DNA from: a virus
DNA: 64,000 bases
Direction: 5' to 3' (one strand)
Virus record (IMG/VR): IMGVR_UViG_3300031229_000002
Span: 7,797 to 71,796 of that record
Shown: one piece after another, positions 46,461 through 57,065 of the stretch
Layout: the number at the start of each line of letters is the position of its first letter
How positions within the stretch are numbered: position 1 is the stretch's first letter
Program-made: the position numbers and the translations under genes
Notes under the pieces: model-generated
The model's database searches: none
Told to the model about the DNA's origin: nothing
Seen by the model: only the letters and a program-made list of their open reading frames with translations

Positions 46461-47070
46461 GTGATGCCCGCCCGGGAACGCCAGCAGACCCTGCAGGAAC
46501 CACCCATCAGCCTGCCGGACCCCACACGCCCACCCACGCCGGCGCCGGGCTGCGACGTGTGCGAGGCCCTTGACCGGCAGCGCGCGGCCGCCGAGGAAGC
46601 CGGGGACATACGGCGCGCCACCGCGTACGAGGTCGAGATGCGACGGCATCCCAAGCACCGCGACGGCCTCTCATGACCGGCGCCGGCAGCACCGAATGGG
46701 ACTGGCGCGACACCAGCGGCAGCCGTCCCCGCCCCCAACGGATCGCCGCCCGGAGTCTGCCCTCCGCCGAGAGCCTCACCTACGGCCAGTCCGCCGGATG
46801 GAACTGCGTCTGGTGCGGCACCAAGCTCACCTCCGGCGCCGTCAGCGCAGGCGTAGCCCGCGGCAGACAGGGCGCACACGTCCTCGACATCGAGGTGTAC
46901 GCCTGCCCCGACTGCGCCCGCCGAGAAGACGACCAGTGAAGATCTGCGAGAAGTGCAGCCGGATGATCCGGCCCGGCGAGCCGTACACGTCGTACGACAA
47001 GCTGTCGATGTCCGCGGCCGGCCTGACCATCCACATGCACAAGGTGTGCCCGATACCCCCGCGCCGCTGA
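46461..47070 (+). CDS. Three small coupled Cys-motif ORFs (46461-46676, 46673-46939, 46936-47070)
   Basis: CDVC; CVWC...CPDC; CEKC...H..C; overlapping stop/start codons. Confidence 0.55.
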
Positions 47071-47174
47071 ACCCCTGCTGCCGGTAACCGCGACCGGTAG
47101 CAGGATGAGCCGCCCGCATCCCCCGAGGTGGGCGGCTGGGGGCCCGCCGCGGTCACGCCCATGGCCGCGGCGGG

Positions 47175-47408
47175 TCACCTCACCAGGTCAGCGAGCGAGG
47201 TATCGAGAGCGTCAGCGATGCGGATCAGGTTGTCGACCACCGGAGAAGCATGACCCTGCTCGATCCGGTTGATGGACTGCCGGTCGATGCCGGCCAGTTC
47301 GCCGAGTCGCTCTTGGGTGAGGTTGGCATGCAGGCGGGCGGCACGGATGTGGTCACCGATGGCCCGGCGACGGGCGAGTACCCAGTCGGGCGGTGGGGCG
47401 GACGGCAC
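47175..47408 (-). CDS. XRE-family HTH regulator
   Basis: IRAARLHANLTQERLGELAGIDRQSINRIEQG. Confidence 0.85.
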   Translation of the reverse strand: MPSAPPPDWVLARRRAIGDHIRAARLHANLTQERLGELAGIDRQSINRIEQGHASPVVDNLIRIADALDTSLADLVR

Positions 47409-47633
47409 CCCGCAACGCTCGCCTGTTCATGATCCACTGTCTGTATCGTTGACCGTACATTTTAGGATCAGTTCCTACCCGCAGACGCAAGGTTTCTGCA
47501 GTTAAAACGCACGTTCGGGTGACCTGCGGGCAAACCCCTTGCCCCGCACAAAGACCACCTCAAGAGTGGGTAATGCTCACGCCATGGACCGGCCCCCGCC
47601 GCTCTGCCCCCCAGGTGGGCGGCGGACGGGCCG

Positions 47634-47665
47634 CAGCGCCCCCGGATCCCGATCCGGGGGCGCTG
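47634..47665 (-). terminator. Perfect 15-bp inverted repeat directly after integrase stop
   Basis: CAGCGCCCCCGGATC-CC-GATCCGGGGGCGCTG. Confidence 0.7.
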
Positions 47666-49270
47666 TCACTTCCAATCGATCTGAATCGTGTCCGTGTCGA
47701 AGTACGTCCCCCCAGGAAGCCTGCCCCGCCGAGCGGGATGCACCGTGACCGTCATCAGATACGAGATCACCGCCCGCTTCCGCGACAGACCCAGCCGATT
47801 CCACTCCCCCTCGACGTCCTCCGCACCCACCAAACCAGCAACCGGATTCGCCTCAACCGCCCGCGCCAGCAGATCCTCCGCAGCCGCCTTACGAGCACGG
47901 GCAGACTTCGTCGCGATCCTCCACTCCTGAAGATCCATCTCCCCCGAACCGAGCTCCTCCGCCAACCCGTCAAGCGTCACGCGAGCCTCACGCAAGTCCC
48001 TCTGCGCGGCCCGAACATCCACCGGATCATCCCTACGGGCAAGGAGTTCAGCCGCATCCGACCTCGACAACCGCCCGATCACCAACAGCTGAATGTAGTC
48101 GTCAAGCGGCTCAATCTTCCGCACCACATGCTTAGCCTTCCGGCAGGTGTACGCCGCGAAGAACCTCCCGCCCGCCCGCTTGTTGCTCGTGCCCGCACGC
48201 ATCGTCTGATCCGGGCACACACCACACCGGTACAGACCCGACCCCAGGTACCTGCGCTCATTGCCGGGGGAACTCCGCCGGCCCGGATCATCGAGGAGAG
48301 CTACGAGGCTCCGCCAGGTCGGCTCGTCCAGAGGCGCGGGCCAGTTCCCCGGCCCTGCCTCCTGGCCGCGGTGCACAAGGATCCCGGCATTGCGGGGACG
48401 CCGCAGCATCGACCCGACTTCCGGGCCTTCCCAATCGCTGCCTGTACTCGTCAGCACCGGCGGTGTCATGGCATTCCATTCGGCGGCAATCGACCGCAGG
48501 GACGCACCGGCAAGGACCGAATCCGCGGCATCCCTGATGCGGTTGAACTCGCTGTCGTCGACCACGTTCGCCGACAGGCCGCAGCGCTTGCACTCGCACC
48601 ACACGTGCCGCCCATTCGGCGCCCCACAGGATGTACAGGACCATCCTTCGATATTCGTTGCGCTGCACTCCTGGCAGCTGATGACGATGGCGAAGTCATC
48701 GGGTTTGTCGCGGCCACAGTTGAGGCAGCACAGCGACCGCGGGGTGACGCCGTCGGCTTCGTACCCGAACGGGCGTCGGCCGCCAAAGAACTTGCCGTGC
48801 TGGGCCATCTCATCCCGCTTGCGGCGCTGCCGCTCGACCATCCGCTCGACTTCGTAGCGGGCTTGGACGCCGAGCTGCCTGGCGATCATCCGCCCGGTGG
48901 CGGTCGCAAGGTCAAGGTGCCCGGCCTTTACGGTGCGGGTCTGCACGCGTCGCGGCTCGCAGACGTCGATGTACTCCTCCAACTCGACTGGGGAGCGGTG
49001 GAGGCGGTCTGTATGCCAGGCCAGCACGGTGTCTGCTCGACCCGCTCGCAGGTCATCGAGGAGCTTTTGGTACCCGGGGCGCGGCTTGCCGCTGTAAGCG
49101 CTCAGATCGTTGTCGGAGTAGACGGCGGTGATCTCCACACCGAGCTGTTTGGCGAGGGCTTCGCAGTCCTCGCGCTGCCGCTCGACGCCGAGTCCTGCGC
49201 CTTCGCGGTCGCGGCTGATGCGGCAGTAGATGATGGCGCGGGTCGGGATGCCGGGCGTGTCGATGGCCAT
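47666..49270 (-). CDS. int: Large serine integrase
   Basis: IYCRISRD catalytic Ser, DNDLSA, RPGY, DRLHR, PFGY, LGSGLYRCGVC...YTC, coiled coil. Confidence 0.95.
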   Translation of the reverse strand: MAIDTPGIPTRAIIYCRISRDREGAGLGVERQREDCEALAKQLGVEITAVYSDNDLSAYSGKPRPGYQKLLDDLRAGRADTVLAWHTDRLHRSPVELEEYIDVCEPRRVQTRTVKAGHLDLATATGRMIARQLGVQARYEVERMVERQRRKRDEMAQHGKFFGGRRPFGYEADGVTPRSLCCLNCGRDKPDDFAIVISCQECSATNIEGWSCTSCGAPNGRHVWCECKRCGLSANVVDDSEFNRIRDAADSVLAGASLRSIAAEWNAMTPPVLTSTGSDWEGPEVGSMLRRPRNAGILVHRGQEAGPGNWPAPLDEPTWRSLVALLDDPGRRSSPGNERRYLGSGLYRCGVCPDQTMRAGTSNKRAGGRFFAAYTCRKAKHVVRKIEPLDDYIQLLVIGRLSRSDAAELLARRDDPVDVRAAQRDLREARVTLDGLAEELGSGEMDLQEWRIATKSARARKAAAEDLLARAVEANPVAGLVGAEDVEGEWNRLGLSRKRAVISYLMTVTVHPARRGRLPGGTYFDTDTIQIDWK

Positions 49271-49288
49271 GCTTCAGCCTGACACGGC

Positions 49289-49342
49289 AGTACGGCTCTT
49301 CGCTAGGTTTCGCTAGATCGAAGACCGGCGAAGAGCCGTACT
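49289..49342. other. Candidate intact attP
   Basis: AGTACGGCTCTTCGC...GCGAAGAGCCGTACT arms; inner TTCG/CGAA symmetry around AG (49315-16); 18 bp upstream of int. Confidence 0.65.
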
Positions 49343-49377
49343 AAAACCTAAGGTCATAGACCTGCGGATGCCAGGGA

Positions 49378-49722
49378 CTACCTACTTCCGGGCCAGCCCT
49401 GAACCCACGACACCTGACTCGCGATGCGCTGGAACAGATCATCAAACTCGCGCTGAGCCTGTTCTGACACATGCTCCTTGGACGCGAGACAGATGAACGT
49501 TCCTTCCTGCTCTACGCCGACAACGGCCCTTCCTCCCGGGAGGCTGTCACGCAACTCCATGCGGAACTCCGCCTGAGGCTTAGCCTCTTGGGAATCGTCC
49601 GGGCCGTGAAGCCCGCCGCCGCTCTGCCGGTTGACGCTTTCATCATCCGCCATCGCACATGCCTCCCTGCTCACAACCACGCGCTCGTTCAGCAGTTCGA
49701 GCGCATGGTTAAGGTGATCCAT
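49378..49722 (-). CDS. Hypothetical protein
   Basis: Between repressor and integrase; start uncertain. Confidence 0.5.
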   Translation of the reverse strand: MDHLNHALELLNERVVVSREACAMADDESVNRQSGGGLHGPDDSQEAKPQAEFRMELRDSLPGGRAVVGVEQEGTFICLASKEHVSEQAQREFDDLFQRIASQVSWVQGWPGSR

Positions 49723-49805
49723 TTGCGCCCCCCAGGCGGATCACCGACTGTGCCATACCGGTCAGGGTGTGACCAGAGCGAATCACTGTGTAGTGGGAAG
49801 TCGTA

Positions 49806-50237
49806 CTAATTTCCGGCATTCCCGTCACCCTGAGTGCGCCTACGGGCAAAGGTTTCAGCAATCTCGGCGAGCTGCCGCCGATCCTCGTCCGTCATCTCCT
49901 CGGCGCGAGCCACGATGACACGCGTCGTCAGATCCTCACTCCAGACGGAAGCGGAATCGCCGGCCGGGTCATAGTCGAGGAACTGCGCCGCCGCGGCCTC
50001 CTTGACGATCCGTAGCGGGAGTTCGAGTCCCACGGCGAGCGCCTGGAGGATCTCCGGCTTCGGCGCATCGACAGATGCGCCCTTCTCCACCTTCGAGAGC
50101 CATCCGAACTTGGCTTGCGCGCCGCTCTCCGGGGCGATGGCACGGGCTTCCAGTTCCCGAAGGCTGTAGCCCAGCTCTGCACGCCGGGCCTTGATGAGGT
50201 CCGTGAAGTCCGTTCGCTGCTCAGGCATGGTGGTCAT
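49806..50237 (-). CDS. Immunity repressor (XRE HTH)
   Basis: IKARRAELGYSLRELE...WLSKVEKG; divergent from cro-like gene. Confidence 0.75.
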   Translation of the reverse strand: MTTMPEQRTDFTDLIKARRAELGYSLRELEARAIAPESGAQAKFGWLSKVEKGASVDAPKPEILQALAVGLELPLRIVKEAAAAQFLDYDPAGDSASVWSEDLTTRVIVARAEEMTDEDRRQLAEIAETFARRRTQGDGNAGN

Positions 50238-50267
50238 CCTGCCCTGTCTCTCCCAATGTGACGCGTG

Positions 50268-50485
50268 ATGTCTACGTTGCGGCCCTGAAATTACGGACTT
50301 TTCACCTGGTCAGAGTGCGTAGACGATCACCCTACTCACCAGAGTGTCTACGGAAAGACGCGTTCCGCGATAGTCCCTCGACGACTGATGGCCGATTTCA
50401 CAACGGCGTGCGTTTCCGTAGACAGCGCGTCTACGGGTATGTAATGTCGTCTCTGTTCACGCAAACGCACAAAGCGTCTACGGAG
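50268..50485. promoter_or_regulatory. Lysis/lysogeny switch with GTCTACG operator half-sites
   Basis: GTCTACG/CGTAGAC at ~50270, 50318, 50345, 50417, 50429, 50476; palindrome CCGTAGAC-N5-GTCTACGG at 50416-50436. Confidence 0.7.
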
Positions 50486-50494
50486 GTGACACAC

Positions 50495-50785
50495 GTGCGC
50501 ATGCAGTCCAACCCGATGACCATCGTCAGCCCTGACCTGCTGATCATGCTGATGGAACGCACCGGCGACGGCACCAGCGTCAGCGTCCGCGACCTCGCCG
50601 ACGCGGCCGGCTGCCACCCCAGCAAGATCGGGCACCTACGCAAAGGCGAGCGCGAGACAGCAACTGAAGCCGAGGCATTGGCAATTGCCAGACGTCTTGG
50701 AGTTGACCTCCTCGTCCTCTGGATCCCCACCGGCCGCACCAACCCGGCCCCCGCCGAACCCGAGCATCTCGCGGTCGCCGTATGA
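50495..50785 (+). CDS. Cro-like HTH protein
   Basis: GGAGGTG RBS; SVRDLADAAGCHPSKIGHLRKG. Confidence 0.75.
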   Translation: MRMQSNPMTIVSPDLLIMLMERTGDGTSVSVRDLADAAGCHPSKIGHLRKGERETATEAEALAIARRLGVDLLVLWIPTGRTNPAPAEPEHLAVAV

Positions 50786-50970
50786 GCGCGCCGCAGCCGT
50801 TCTCCCGCACCGCCGCTGAGCGGCGCCTCGGCCCGGCCGCCATCGAGGCAGCCCGCCGCAACGTCGAGGCCGCTCCCCCACTTCGCCCCGAACTGCGCGA
50901 GCAGCTGCGGGCGGTATTCGCCTCGGCCTACGCGATGCGGCCGAAGGCGCCGACGGCCGACGCCGCCTGA
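50782..50970 (+). CDS. Hypothetical protein
   Basis: ATGA coupling; APPL motif. Confidence 0.55.
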   Translation: MSAPQPFSRTAAERRLGPAAIEAARRNVEAAPPLRPELREQLRAVFASAYAMRPKAPTADAA

Positions 50971-51056
50971 CCCATTACGCGCCGAAGGGCCGCTCCGACT
51001 TCCCGGCCTGAGCGACCCCACGACTCGGCACCCCACCACCAGAAAGTGAGGCCACC

Positions 51057-51503
51057 GTGGCATCAGTTTCCCAGACCCTGGACTCGGGTCAGATCAGAGT
51101 CCTCCCCCTGCATGAGGCGCCGGTTGCGCGTCCGTCGACTGTGCCAGCTGTGTTTCGTGCGGCCGCCCGGTTGATCGTGGCGAACGGGCACTACCAGGGC
51201 GACTACTGCCCCGACCCGTTCGACCGGGTGTCGAAGACGTCGCACGCCGAGCGTCCGCTGTCGATCGTCGCGTCGATCCGCTGCGTGGTGTCGGGGAGCC
51301 CGCACCGGAAGACGCCGCTCGCCGAGGCCGCGGTGAAGGTGCTGGCCGGCCGTCTGGAGGTGGACGGCGAGCCCGCGTGGAACGAGGAGCCGTTCTGGCT
51401 GGAGACGCACGTCGCGAACTGGGGTGACGTGGAGGGCCGCCGGGTGGAGTCGGTTGTCGCGGTGCTTGAGGCGGCTGCGGACGCGTCGGCGGTGGCCGCA
51501 TGA
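51057..51503 (+). CDS. Hypothetical phage protein (DUF6197-like)
   Basis: AAARLI..NGHYQG...VANWGD..GR....VVAVL..AA. Confidence 0.55.
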   Translation: MASVSQTLDSGQIRVLPLHEAPVARPSTVPAVFRAAARLIVANGHYQGDYCPDPFDRVSKTSHAERPLSIVASIRCVVSGSPHRKTPLAEAAVKVLAGRLEVDGEPAWNEEPFWLETHVANWGDVEGRRVESVVAVLEAAADASAVAA

Positions 51504-53491
51504 GCGCCCCGACGTCGCATGACCCGCTGGTGGTGAACACCAAGGACGGCGCCTGCTGGACGCGTCGCACGGTGACGGAGAGCGGGCTCGCCCTGTACGC
51601 GCTGGCCGATGTCTGCAAGTGCCCGGAGTTCGTGATGGTGACGCTGGCTGAACTGGCTGAGCGCGGGATCGTCGGTTCGTCGGATGCGCTGCCGATGCCG
51701 GTCGGGCCGGAGCCGCGCACGCTGGATGTGGTTGAGGAAGAGCTGACGGGCGTGAACCTGTCGCTCTACGAGGAGGAGCTGGAGAACGCGCGGCTGCGGC
51801 TGGCGCTCGCGTCGGCTCAGCGTGGGCGTCAAGAGTTGCGGGCTCGGGTCGCCGAGCTGGAGCAGCGTGAGACCGCCGTCGCGGAGTTCGTGGCGAAGCG
51901 CGCCGAGTACATCACCGCGATCCGTAACTGCCACCCGGACAACGGGCACGACTACGACCGGTGGCAGGGGCATGCGGAGGCTCGGCGGCAGCTTGCCAAG
52001 TTGTTGGGGCTGCCGGTGGCGTGGCCGCCAGAGGATGCCGTGTCTGTGGCGAAGTCGGCGGACAGGCTGACGCGGTTCTTCGCACCGACGCAGGCGTTGC
52101 GTGAGGAGTCGCACGATTCGCCGCTGCACCACGACTACCGCGTGCCCCGGGACCTGCCTGAGCCCGCGCATCCGGTGCCGTGCCGGTTCCCGAAGTCGCC
52201 GGGCTGCACCTGCGGCCTGACCGGGGCGGACGTCGAGCCTTCGGGTGGTGCGTGATGGCGAACACCCACGACCTCGCCGAGTGGGCGCAGTTCTTGTCGC
52301 TCGGTGTCGGCTTCACCGCTACCGGCTGGCTGCTGTGGCTGCTGCTGTTCGAGCCGCTGCTGGACTGCGACCTCGACCCGCGCCCGCTGGTGCGCCGTAC
52401 GGCCAGGACGGTGCACGAGGCCGCCATCCACGCGGGCCACGACCTTAACCGGGCCATCGCCACCAGCCAGCGTGCTTCGCATGACGCGGCGGTCAAGGCC
52501 GCGATCACCGCGGCTGCGCTCCTCGCACTCCTCATCCCCACCGCCCCGGAGGCGACCCGATGAACCACTCGTCGAAGCCGCAGCAGTCGTTCAGTCTCGG
52601 CGCCAACCACCTCCACGGCGTCGCCCGGTTCGACGCCATCCGTACCGACACCCTCGTCTCCCTCGTCGCCAAGTGGGGTGACCCCGACACCCGCGACCAG
52701 GTCCTCGACGCGCTCGACGAGCTGGCCGCTGTCGTGAACAGCGCCCGCCGTGAGGGCGAGTTGGACGCGGCGCTGGAAGAGGTCGAGGACGTCGCCGGGA
52801 TGGACACGGCGCAAGTTGAGGTGCCGATCCCGGACGTACGCCGTCTGCTGGCCGAGCTGGTCGAGGTGGAGCGGGTGTTGTCCCGCTTCAACCCGCAGCG
52901 GTCGCAGGGCGCGTCGCTGATCAAGCACCCGTCGCACGCTGCGACCCGCCGGTATCTGAAGGCCAACCCGCTTCCGGAGCAGGACGGGAGGCGGTCCGCA
53001 TGAGCGCGCGCGATGACCTGATTGAGATCGTCACCAGTTCCCCGGAGTCGTCGGGCGGCGACGTCGTCTGGGCCACGGACCTCGTCGACGCGCACCGCGT
53101 CGAAGTCCTCGCCGAGGCCGAGCTGCTGCCCAAGGCGCACGTCGTCGCCTGGCTGGTGAAGAAGGCCCGCGAGGGCGACCCGATCGAGAACCTCGCCTCC
53201 AAGGTCGCCCGCGGCGCTATCCGCCCGAACAACCTGCGCACGCTGCCCGCCGACTTCTTCGAACCCGGCCGCACCTACCGCAGCACGCACACCGGCTACA
53301 CCGCACCCGAACTCATCCTCACCTTCCAAGTCGAGCACATCACCCGCCACCCCGACCGCGGCCACCTCCGCGCAATCGGCTGGATGCGCACCGGGGAGCC
53401 CGACACCGGATGGCACGGCCACTTCCGCGACGAGGGCGAATTCGACGGCTGGACCGACATCACCGACACCACCACGGGGGACAGCACGTGA
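51500..53491 (+). CDS. Coupled hypothetical early genes (51500-52255, 52255-52563, 52560-53003, 53000-53491)
   Basis: ATGA/TGATG overlaps; GC3-rich codon usage. Confidence 0.6.
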
Positions 53492-54411
53492 GCACCACCA
53501 CCGAGCGGTCCGGGGCTACAGCCCCGGCCGCCGGCCGCAGCCGGAAGAAGGCAGCGGCCCCCGCACCCACCGGACCCGACCGCATCCCCCAACCCTCCCA
53601 AGGCTGGTACCGCGTCCCCGGCACCGACACCAAACTCCGCCGCGTCACCACCATCCTCAACGGCGGATACCCCAAGCCCGAGCTGATGTTCTGGGCAGCG
53701 AACCTCACCGCGCAGGACGCGTTCGCCACCCTCCCCACCCTCGTCGCAGCCTCACTCAACCCGGCCGCCAAGGAGGAGGCCTACGACTGGCTGCGCAAAG
53801 GCCACATCCGCAAGAAGGAAGAACGCGGAGACCTCGGCACCGCCGCCCACACGCTCGTCGAATCCCACGTCCTGGGCACGCCGCTGCCCGAAGAGCTGCT
53901 GAACGACCCGGAGATGGCGCCGTACCTCGACAACTTCCTCCGCTTCGTCGCCGAGTGGGAAGTCGAGTTCGAGGCGTCGGAGATGACCGTCGGGAACTTC
54001 GCCCACGGCTACGCGGGGAAGCTCGACTACCTCTTCCGCTCTCGCCTCATCGCCGCAGAGCTGAAGGTGTCCGCGGACACGCTGTTCCTCGGCGACACCA
54101 AGACCGGCGGCGAGCTCGACGAGAAGGGCGTCTACCCGGAGGCCGGCTTGCAGATGTCGGCGTACCGGCGGGCCGAGGTCTGCTGGCTGCGGGACGGCAC
54201 GCAACTCCCGATGCCGCAAATCCACGAGGTGGGGATCGTCCTCCACCTGCGGCCCGAGGGCTATCGGCCCATGCCGCTGAAGTGCGGCGACGACGTGTTC
54301 GCCGCGTTCCTCCACGTCCAGCAGGTCGCCGAGTTCAAGCGCGTCCTCGCCAAGTCCGTTGTGGGCGACGCCCTCGCCCTTCCCCAGCTCACCGAAGAGA
54401 GGGCCGCCTGA
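53488..54411 (+). CDS. PD-(D/E)XK exonuclease (Cas4/RecB-like phage recombination nuclease)
   Basis: RVTTIL, GTAAH, ASE, GYAGKLD, GDTKTG, LQMSAY. Confidence 0.75.
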   Translation: MSTTTERSGATAPAAGRSRKKAAAPAPTGPDRIPQPSQGWYRVPGTDTKLRRVTTILNGGYPKPELMFWAANLTAQDAFATLPTLVAASLNPAAKEEAYDWLRKGHIRKKEERGDLGTAAHTLVESHVLGTPLPEELLNDPEMAPYLDNFLRFVAEWEVEFEASEMTVGNFAHGYAGKLDYLFRSRLIAAELKVSADTLFLGDTKTGGELDEKGVYPEAGLQMSAYRRAEVCWLRDGTQLPMPQIHEVGIVLHLRPEGYRPMPLKCGDDVFAAFLHVQQVAEFKRVLAKSVVGDALALPQLTEERAA

Positions 54412-55550
54412 TGCCCATCATCGACCTCCAAATGCGAATGCGTCAGCTCGGCGAGATCCGCATCGGCCGCGTCGTCGACACCGGCCGCGTCTCCCAGAAG
54501 ACCGGCAAGCCGATCCTGCGCCCCGAGAAGCTCAACAAGTTCCGCTTCACTTCCGCCTCCCGCGAGATCCTCACCAGCGTCGCCACCCTGTACGGCGGCG
54601 AGGTCCAGCCGTGGACCCCCGCCAACGGCGGCCCCTCCGAGTTCGAGGTCTATTCCACTTTCAACCGGCTCCCGGTGCTGATCCCGCCGCGGGACGCCGT
54701 CTCCCAGTGGTACGAGCTGTACGCCGGATCGAAGTGCCAGCGCCGATGCGACGGCCAGACCGAGCTCAAGTCCGACCGGCCCTGCATGTGCGACCCGGAC
54801 GACCGCGAGTGCGCCATCACCACCCGCGTCAACGTGATGCTCCGCGATGTGCCTGCTCTCGGCCAGTGGCTCCTCGTCTCCAAGGGCTACCACGCTGCCG
54901 TCACTCTGCCTCCGGCGGCAGAGCTGCTCGCGCAGGCTGGCGGATACGTAGCCGGGTGGCTCGGGATGGAAGAGAAGACGGCCATCGTCAAGGACAAGCT
55001 GGCCCGGTTCATGGTGCCGACGCTCGACGTCGAGATCACCCCCGCCGCCCTGATGGCGGGGAATGTCACCGGCGGTAAGGCGGAGGTGGCGTCGGGCCCG
55101 GAGCGGACCGCGATCGAGGCGCCTCGCCCGGACTACGTACTACTCGCCTCGGCGGCGAAAACCGCCGATGAGGTGCGCGCCGTGTACAAGCAGGCGGCCG
55201 AGGCCGGGCACATGAACAAGGAGATCGGCGACGCGCTCACCGCGCGGGCCGCTGAACTCGGTGCGCCGCGCAAGACGAAGGAGAAGCAGGACCCGCCGCC
55301 ACCGGCAGAGACGCCGCCTCCGGTCGTCGAGGACGGTGTCGAGGTGTACGACGCCGAGGTGCTCGACGACCCGGCGGACGTGCAGGACATCTGGTTCCAG
55401 GTCATCGCCGCGGCTGGCGGGCATGGGCTGACGACTGAGCAGGTCGAGGCCGGGTTCGCGCAACGCAACGGCGGCATCCATCCGTCGTCGGGCACGGTCG
55501 CGCAGATGACCGCCTACCTCGCCGCGGTGAAGGCGGGTGAGGTCCGGTGA
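54411..55550 (+). CDS. Recombination directionality factor, phiC31/phiBT1 gp3-like
   Basis: MPIIDLQ...LGEIRIG, KFRFTS, YGG, RRCDG, CMC...C..TTRVNVML. Confidence 0.65.
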   Translation: MPIIDLQMRMRQLGEIRIGRVVDTGRVSQKTGKPILRPEKLNKFRFTSASREILTSVATLYGGEVQPWTPANGGPSEFEVYSTFNRLPVLIPPRDAVSQWYELYAGSKCQRRCDGQTELKSDRPCMCDPDDRECAITTRVNVMLRDVPALGQWLLVSKGYHAAVTLPPAAELLAQAGGYVAGWLGMEEKTAIVKDKLARFMVPTLDVEITPAALMAGNVTGGKAEVASGPERTAIEAPRPDYVLLASAAKTADEVRAVYKQAAEAGHMNKEIGDALTARAAELGAPRKTKEKQDPPPPAETPPPVVEDGVEVYDAEVLDDPADVQDIWFQVIAAAGGHGLTTEQVEAGFAQRNGGIHPSSGTVAQMTAYLAAVKAGEVR

Positions 55551-56275
55551 GCTGGCACCTCGGCCGCCTGTGCGGCTTTGATCTTGAGACCTCGGGCGTC
55601 GATGTCGAGAACGACCGCATCGTCACCGCCTGCGTCGTCCAATGCGGCGGCGGACACGACACCCAGTCCGCAACGTGGATGGCCGACCCAGGGATTGAGA
55701 TCCCCAAAGCCGCCAGCGACATCCACAAGGTGACGACCGAGCGCGCCCGCGCGGAGGGACGGCCGGCCGTCGAGGTCGTCGAGCAGGTCGTGGCCGCGCT
55801 CGCCGAAGTCGTCCTCGCGGGCACGCCCGTCGTCGCGATGAACGCCTCGTTCGATCTGACGATCCTCGACCGCGAGGCCCGCCGCCACGGCGTGCAGCCC
55901 CTCGTCGACATCGTCGGCGACGACCTGCGAGTCATCGACCCGCGCGTCCTCGACAAGAAGATCGACCCGTACCGGCGCGGTGGGCGCAAGCTCGAAGACC
56001 TCTGCCGCACCTACCAAGTGGCCCTCGACGGCGCGCACTCGGCGGACGCCGACGCGATCGCCGCGTGCCGGGTCGCGTGGCGCATCGGGCAGAAGGAGTC
56101 CGCCATCGGCGGGGCCGCGCTCGCCTTTCTCCACGAGAAGCAGGTGGATTGGGCTCGTCAGCAAGCGGAGTCTCTGGCGGACTACTTCCGGCGGACGCCT
56201 GGCAAGGAGTCGTGGGCTGACGGTGTCCGCACCGAGTGGCCGCTGATCCCGGCCCAGCGTGGGGAGGGCCAGTGA
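55547..56275 (+). CDS. DnaQ-like DEDDh 3'-5' exonuclease
   Basis: FDLETSG, MNASFD, AHSADAD. Confidence 0.9.
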   Translation: MSWHLGRLCGFDLETSGVDVENDRIVTACVVQCGGGHDTQSATWMADPGIEIPKAASDIHKVTTERARAEGRPAVEVVEQVVAALAEVVLAGTPVVAMNASFDLTILDREARRHGVQPLVDIVGDDLRVIDPRVLDKKIDPYRRGGRKLEDLCRTYQVALDGAHSADADAIAACRVAWRIGQKESAIGGAALAFLHEKQVDWARQQAESLADYFRRTPGKESWADGVRTEWPLIPAQRGEGQ

Positions 56276-57065
56276 TGTTCGGACTCGTCACCCGCCGCCG
56301 CCACAACGCTGAACTCGCCGCCGCCCGCGCCGAAGCCGACCGCATCCGCGCCGAGCGCGACGCCACCGTCAGCAAGCTCGCCACTGCCATCTACAACCGC
56401 GAGCAAGTCCTGAGGCAGAACGCCGAGCAGGACGCCGTCAACCGGCGCCTGCACGGCCGGAACTTGGAACTCGGCCGCCGCCTCAGCGCTGTTCGTGAAG
56501 CCGACCCCGAATACGCGGCCAGCTTGGAGCGCCGTCTCGACCGTGCGCTGACCGCGTGCGCCCGCTACCTGGCCGCTTACCACGCCGAACGGCGGCGCAC
56601 CGACCGGCTTCATGCCCGCCTCGACGACGCATGCGGCCTCGACCACCCCGCCGTCGACGAGGGCGCCACCTCGCAGGCACGCCGCATGGACAAACCCCGG
56701 CCACGGCCCACCACAGCGAAAGCACCGGAGGTGGCGTCGTGAACGATCAGATCACGGTAGGCGCAGCCGCCATCATGGCGGGCCTCACCATCACCACACT
56801 CGGCACCCGCTGGTACGTGAAACCGCTCGGCGAACACCGCAAACCACGCACCCGAGCAGTCCTCGACGACGCGTCCCTCGACGAACTCCTGCCGCCGTGG
56901 CCCGAGCCGGTCCATGGGCCGGTCGTCGCGCAGGAGTGGCGGGACTGCCCGCGCTGCGACAACACCGAATCCTGCACACGCAACCGGGACGGCTGGCTAT
57001 GCGGGCACTGTCTGCTGCCGCTGCCGACCGGGCTCAGCACGCTTGCTGCGGGGGACGGCTCATGA
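56275..57065 (+). CDS. Two hypothetical proteins (56275-56742 coiled coil; 56739-57065 TM + zinc ribbon)
   Basis: Coupled; CPRC...CGHC. Confidence 0.55.

Noticed and set aside
44569-47500. Host chromosome/prophage boundary downstream of the integrase
   Set aside because: No housekeeping genes; the XRE and small Cys-ORF modules are typical mobile cargo, and the best att candidate is intact upstream of int.
53488-54411. Cas4-like nuclease as part of the RAMP system
   Set aside because: It lies 37 kb away in a normal exonuclease-RDF-DnaQ early module and lacks the Cas4 Fe-S cysteine pattern.
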